Shown here piece by piece: positions 59,460 through 64,000 of a stretch of 64,000 nucleotides of DNA. This DNA comes from the human T2T-CHM13v2.0 reference genome, Homo sapiens. The first letter of the stretch is position 1; every line of letters begins with the position of its first letter. The stretch is taken from the NCBI RefSeq assembly GCF_009914755.1, contig NC_060925.1; one strand, written 5' to 3'. Below the pieces are notes generated by a model that saw only the letters and a program-made list of their open reading frames with translations, did no database searches and was not told the DNA's origin. The translations under genes and the position numbers were made by a program.

Positions 59460-59685
59460 AGAGTAGAAGGTCCCAGACGAGGACTGCATCTAGTAACATA
59501 ACGATCTGGGAGGTTTCTAAATACAAAGGCCTAAACTTTATATCCAGTAATTCATCTTTAAGAGGCCTGGGTTGGGGTAGGAAGATGATAGAGAAGGTGG
59601 GGGGATAGGGGAAACCCAGGAATCCATGCAATTTTTTAAAGGTTTCCTTCAAATTCTGATGCACAACGTGTTTATGAATTACTGA
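59460..59685. mobile_element. MER5-like hAT-Charlie MITE
   Basis: acccaggaatccatgcaatttttaa..ttctgatgcac..gtttatgaattactg. Confidence 0.55.
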
Positions 59686-59999
59686 GTAGAGAAATAAAGC
59701 CATAGGTAGGGGACAACTCTCATTCAGTCGCTAGGGAGTCCTCTTGTTTTCACTCAGCTCCTCATGCAAGGAGGGGCCAACTCGCAGATGAGAGATTGTC
59801 CAGGCACTGAAGAGGGCAACTCTTTTCTTACTAGTGTTTCTTCCTTAATTTCTCTTTCTCTTCTCCTTATTCATTTTCCTCCTTTTTAACCTCCTGACTC
59901 CTTCTTATTTATTTTTGAGGAAGGCAATTCACAGAAATTCATAGAAACACTGTGAAATATGGGCAGAAAATGTATTATGTGGACAACTGTAATATTTAT

Positions 60000-60560
60000 G
60001 TTTAAAAATCAAACTGTATTCTGTGAGATGAGCCTTTCATTCCTTACTGCATGTAATCTGCTTATCCTCTTCTTCTTGAGTGTGAGTGGGGTGTAGTGAG
60101 CCTCTTCCTTGTCCTTGTCTCCGGCTGACAGATTCTATACCACTAACCAGCTCTTGTTACTCCACTTTCCTTCAAGTGAAGCCCAACACCTCAGGACCTT
60201 CCAAATCCTAATGCACATATCCACTGCTTTCATGAATCTACTTTCACTGAGTCTGATTATTTTATCACCTGCTTAAGACATTTTCTCTCGACACCATCTC
60301 CTACAGTGGATCTCAGCAATTTTGACGTCATGGTCCATCTGACACTATGCTGTTGATGTGATTCTTTAGACACTCCACTGTCTTTGGGTTAGTCCCCATC
60401 AAATATGACCACTTTCTAGACTTCATCATCACATTGATCTTGAACCATCTGCCCTCTCTGGACATAACCTGTTTGCAAATTGTTTCCTCTTATTTTGAAA
60501 AATCCATAAAGATCTTTTTTTTTTGCCCTTATTAGGCCCCCTGGGCATTATAACTATTTC
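60000..60560 (+). mobile_element. L2 endonuclease-region fragment
   Basis: gaccactttctagacttcatcatcac (GHTLDLII-like), ctctctggacataacct (SDH-like). Confidence 0.5.
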
Positions 60561-60584
60561 AATAATTGCATCTGATTTACTTGC

Positions 60585-60735
60585 CCCCTCAAGATGTTTC
60601 ATAAGGCATTAATCCATAAATGAAGACAGAGCCCTGATAGCCTAAACATCCTGTAAAGACTCCTCAATACTGTTATATTAGAGATTAAGTTATCACATGA
60701 GTTTTGGAGCAGACACAAACATTCTAATCACAGCA
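60585..60735 (-). mobile_element. MaLR LTR fragment (MST/MLT1A-like)
   Basis: gattaagtt..catgagttttggag..acaaacattctaatcacagca. Confidence 0.65.
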
Positions 60736-61160
60736 CCAATCATGAGGAGTAACGTGACAGATGATAAATGTAAAGTCAGAGTTGAAAGGGGTAGTGAACT
60801 TAACTAGTTGTTATTAAAATAGCTTACTTTTGCAATGTAAAAGGAAGTGTGATCCTGTGAACGTATCTTTAGGTCCTCTCCTAAGGATTTTGAAGATGCT
60901 CATATCAGTGAGGGGCCCTGAAACTGCATTAACTTCCAAGTAAATTTGTCTCTGCAATGATGAGCATTTACATGGTTCTAATAAGTAAACATGGAATATT
61001 GGTCTAACCAAAATGACATTTTGAATTTTATTTATTCTTGCATGTGCTTTTTAACATATTTAAAAATAGGGATTATCATATAATAAATGATATCTTACAA
61101 ATGTCTTTGGCCAGGCAGCAATTCATAATAAGGTTGTCATTACCTATGCAAGACAGCATG

Positions 61161-61485
61161 GGCTGGGCTTGGTGGCTCATGCCTGTAATCCCAGCACTTT
61201 GGTAGGCTGAGTCAGAATTACTTGAGCTCAGGAGTTCAAGACGAGCTTGAACAACGTAGTGAGACCTCATTTCTATTTTAAAAAATATCAAAATAATTAG
61301 CCAGGCTTGGTGGTGCACACCTGTAGTCCCAGCTACTCAGGAAGCTGCGTTGGGAGGATCACTTGAGCCTGGGAGATTGAGGCTGCAGCGAGCTGTGATT
61401 GCACCACTATGCTCCAGTCTGGGAGACAGAACAAGACCCTACCTCAAAATAAACAAATAACAAACAGAAAGCAAGAACATCAAAA
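61161..61485 (+). mobile_element. AluJ
   Basis: ggatcacttgagcctgggagattgaggctgcagcgagctgtgatt (J-type); flanks share cagcatg. Confidence 0.92.
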
Positions 61486-61682
61486 AATGCAGCATGCTGT
61501 GTTGGAGGTGTTCTGTAATTGGTTTGGTGGCAGCTACATTGTTATATACATACATAAGGCATCAATGGTGTGGGAATAAAGTGAAGTAGTAAAGTAAATG
61601 TAGCTGGCAATATTCTTGATGAGGGAGAAAAAAAATCTAGCTAGCTGTGCATAATGCAAAACTTAATTAAAAGGCCAACATC

Positions 61683-62563
61683 GGGAGGAGCCAAGATGGC
61701 CGAATAGGAACAGCTCCAGTCTACAGCTCCCAGCGTGAGCGACGCAGAAGACGGGTGATTTCTGCATTTCCATCTGAGGTACCGGGTCCATCTCACTAGG
61801 GAGTGCCAGACAGTGGGCGCAGGCCAGCCGAAGCAGGGCGAGGCATTGCCTCACCTGGGAAGTGCAAGGGGTCAGGGAGTTCCCTTTCCAAGTCAAAGAA
61901 AGGGGTGACGGACGCACCTGGAAAATCGGGTCACTCCCACCCGAATATTGTGCTTTTCAGACCGGCTTAAAAAACGGCGCACCATGAGACTATATCCCAC
62001 ACCTGGCTCGGAGGGTCCTATGCCCACGGAATCTCGCTGATTGCTAGCACAGCAGTCTGAGATCAAACTGCAAGGAGGCAGCGAGGCTGGGGGAGGGGCG
62101 CCCGCCATTGCCCAGGCTTGCTTAGGTAAACAAAGCAGCCTGGAAGCTCGAACTAGGGGGAGCCCACCACAGCTCAAGGAGGCCTGCCTGCCTCTGTAGG
62201 CTCCACCTCTGGGGGCAGGGCACAGACAAACAAAAAGACAGCAGTAACCTCTGCAGACTTAAATGTCCCTGTCTGACAGCTTTGAAGAGAGCAGTGGTTC
62301 TCCCAGCACGCAGCTGGAGATCTGAGAACGGGCAGACTGCCTCCTCAAGTGGGTCCCTGACCCCTGACCCCCGAGCAGCCTAACTGGGAGGCACCCCCCA
62401 GCAGGGGCACACTGACACCTCACACGGCAGGGTATTCCAACAGACCTGCAGCTGAGGGTCCTGTCTGTTAGAAGGAAAACTAACAAACAGAAAGGACATC
62501 CACACCGAAAACCCATCTGTACATCACCATCATCAAAGACCAAAAGTAGATAAAATCACAAAG
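61683..62563 (+). promoter_or_regulatory. L1 5'UTR bidirectional promoter (CpG-rich)
   Basis: YY1 caagatggcc, RUNX3 tgcatttccatctgaggta and SOX aaacaaa sites present; ~23-bp deletion at 61827. Confidence 0.9.
61893..62108 (-). CDS. L1 antisense ORF0, intact 71 aa
   Basis: MAGAPPPASLPPCSLISDCCASNQRDSVGIGPSEPGVGYSLMVRRFLSRSEKHNIRVGVTRFSRCVRHPFL*. Confidence 0.85.
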   Translation of the reverse strand: MAGAPPPASLPPCSLISDCCASNQRDSVGIGPSEPGVGYSLMVRRFLSRSEKHNIRVGVTRFSRCVRHPFL

Positions 62564-63580
62564 ATGGGGAAAAAACTGAACAGAAAAACTGGAAACTCTA
62601 AAACGCAGAGCACCTCTCCTCCTCCAAAGGAACGCAGTTCCTCACCAGCAACGGAACAAAGCTGGATGGAGAATGATTTTGACGAGCTGAGAGAAGAAGG
62701 CTTCAGATGATCAAATTACTCTGAGCTACAGGGGGACATTCAAACCAAAGGCAAAGAAGTTGAAAACTTTGAAAAAAATTTAGAAGAATGTATAACTAGA
62801 ATAACCAATACAGAGAAGTGCTTAAAGGAGCTGATGGAGCTGAAAACCAAGGCTCGAGAACTACGTGAAGAATGCAGAAGCCTCAGGAGCCGATGCGATC
62901 AACTGGAAGAAAGGGTATCAGCAATGGAAGATGAAATGAATGAAATGAAGTGAGAAGGGAAGTTTAGAGAAAAAAGAATAAAAAGAAATGAGCAAAGCCT
63001 CCAAGAAATATGGGACTATGTGAAAAGACCAAATCTACGTCTGATTGGTGTACCTGAAAGTGATGGGGAGAATGGAACCAAGTTGGAAAACACTCTGCAG
63101 GATATTATCCAGGAGAACTTCCCCAATCTAGCAAGGCAGGCCAACGTTCAGATTCAGGAAATACAGAGAACGCCACAAAGATACTCCTCAAGAAGAGCAA
63201 TTCCAAGACACATAATTGTCAGATTCACCAAAGTTGAAATGAAGGAAAAAATGTTAAGGGCAGCCAGCGAGAAAGGTCAGGTTACCCTCAAAGGGAAGCC
63301 CATCAGACTAACAGCGGATCTCTCGGCAGAAACCCTACAAGCCAGAAGAGAGTGGGGGCCAATATTCAACATTCTTAAAGAAAATAATTTTCAACCCAGA
63401 ATTTCATATCCAGCGAAACTAAGCTTCATAAGTGAAGGAGAAATAAAATACTTTACAGACAAGCAAATGCTGAGAGATTTAGTCACCACCAGGCCTGCCC
63501 TAAAAGAGCTCCTGAAGGAAGCGCTAAACATGGAAAGGAACAACCGGTACCAGCCGCTGCAAAATCATGCCAAAATGTAA
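62564..63580 (+). pseudogene. L1 ORF1p, 338 codons with premature stops R49* and R130*
   Basis: MGKKLNRKTGNSK..; TGA at 62708 and 62951 (CGA>TGA); C-terminus ..RYQPLQNHAKM. Confidence 0.95.
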
Positions 63581-63643
63581 AGACCATCGAGACTAGGAAG
63601 AAACTGCATCAACTAACGAGCAAAATCACCAGCTAACATCATA

Positions 63644-64000
63644 ATGACAGGATCAAATTCACACATAACAATATTAACTTTAAATGTAAATGGACTAAAT
63701 GCTCCAATTAAAAGACACAGACTGGCAAGTTGGATAAAAAGTCAAGACCCATCAGTGTGCTGTATTCAGGAAACCCATCTCACGTGCAGAGACACACATA
63801 GGCTCAAAATAAAAGGATGGAGGAAGATCTACCAAGCAAATGGAAAACAAAAAAAGGCAGAGGTTGCAATCCTAGTCTCTGATAAAACAGACTTTAAACC
63901 AACAAAGATCAAAAGAGACAAAGAAGGCCATTACATAATGGTAAAGGGATCAATTCAACAAGAGGAGCTAACTATCCTAAATATATATGCACCCAATACA
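63644..64000 (+). CDS. L1 ORF2p N-terminal endonuclease domain (partial, open for 119 codons)
   Basis: MTGSNSHITILTLNVNGLNAPIKRHRLASWIKSQDPSVCCIQETH..; 63-nt inter-ORF spacer; AEVAIL in place of AGVAIL. Confidence 0.9.
   Translation, partial: MTGSNSHITILTLNVNGLNAPIKRHRLASWIKSQDPSVCCIQETHLTCRDTHRLKIKGWRKIYQANGKQKKAEVAILVSDKTDFKPTKIKRDKEGHYIMVKGSIQQEELTILNIYAPNT

Larger units (their letters stand above)
61683..64000 (+). mobile_element. Young L1 (L1PA2-like), 5' 2.3 kb, runs off the window
   Basis: gggaggagccaagatggccgaataggaacagctcc start; lacks the 129-bp ZNF93 segment (ggcagggtattccaacagacc); preceded by TT|AAAAggccaacatc (predicted TSD 61669-61682). Confidence 0.97.

Overview
This is AT-rich, repeat-dense primate (human-like) genomic DNA with no recognisable host protein-coding gene, so it is intronic or intergenic. 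It is layered with ancient L2, MIR and L1M fossils, MaLR/ERVL/ERV1 solo LTRs (MLT1, MSTB, LTR16-like, LTR8A), hAT-Charlie MITEs (MER20, MER5-like) and eight Alus. It also holds a full-length degraded minus-strand L1PA10-13-like element (45.4-52.3 kb) and the 5' 2.3 kb of a young L1PA2-like element (ORF1 broken by two CGA>TGA stops, antisense ORF0 intact). The most unusual object is a ~210-bp HERV-K(HML-2) mini-element at 34944-35157, made of two inverted LTR5 U3 termini around a ~100-bp integrase fragment, joined by microhomologies and sitting in an AluJ tail. Other leads are a promoter-like/short-exon cluster at 27.2-27.6 kb, a predicted in-frame ORF0 fusion exon at 59.0-59.2 kb, a twin-primed L1, a tandemly doubled L1 5' end, several short local duplications and perfect palindromes. 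Subfamily calls come from recalled consensus sequences, and boundaries of old repeats are approximate.
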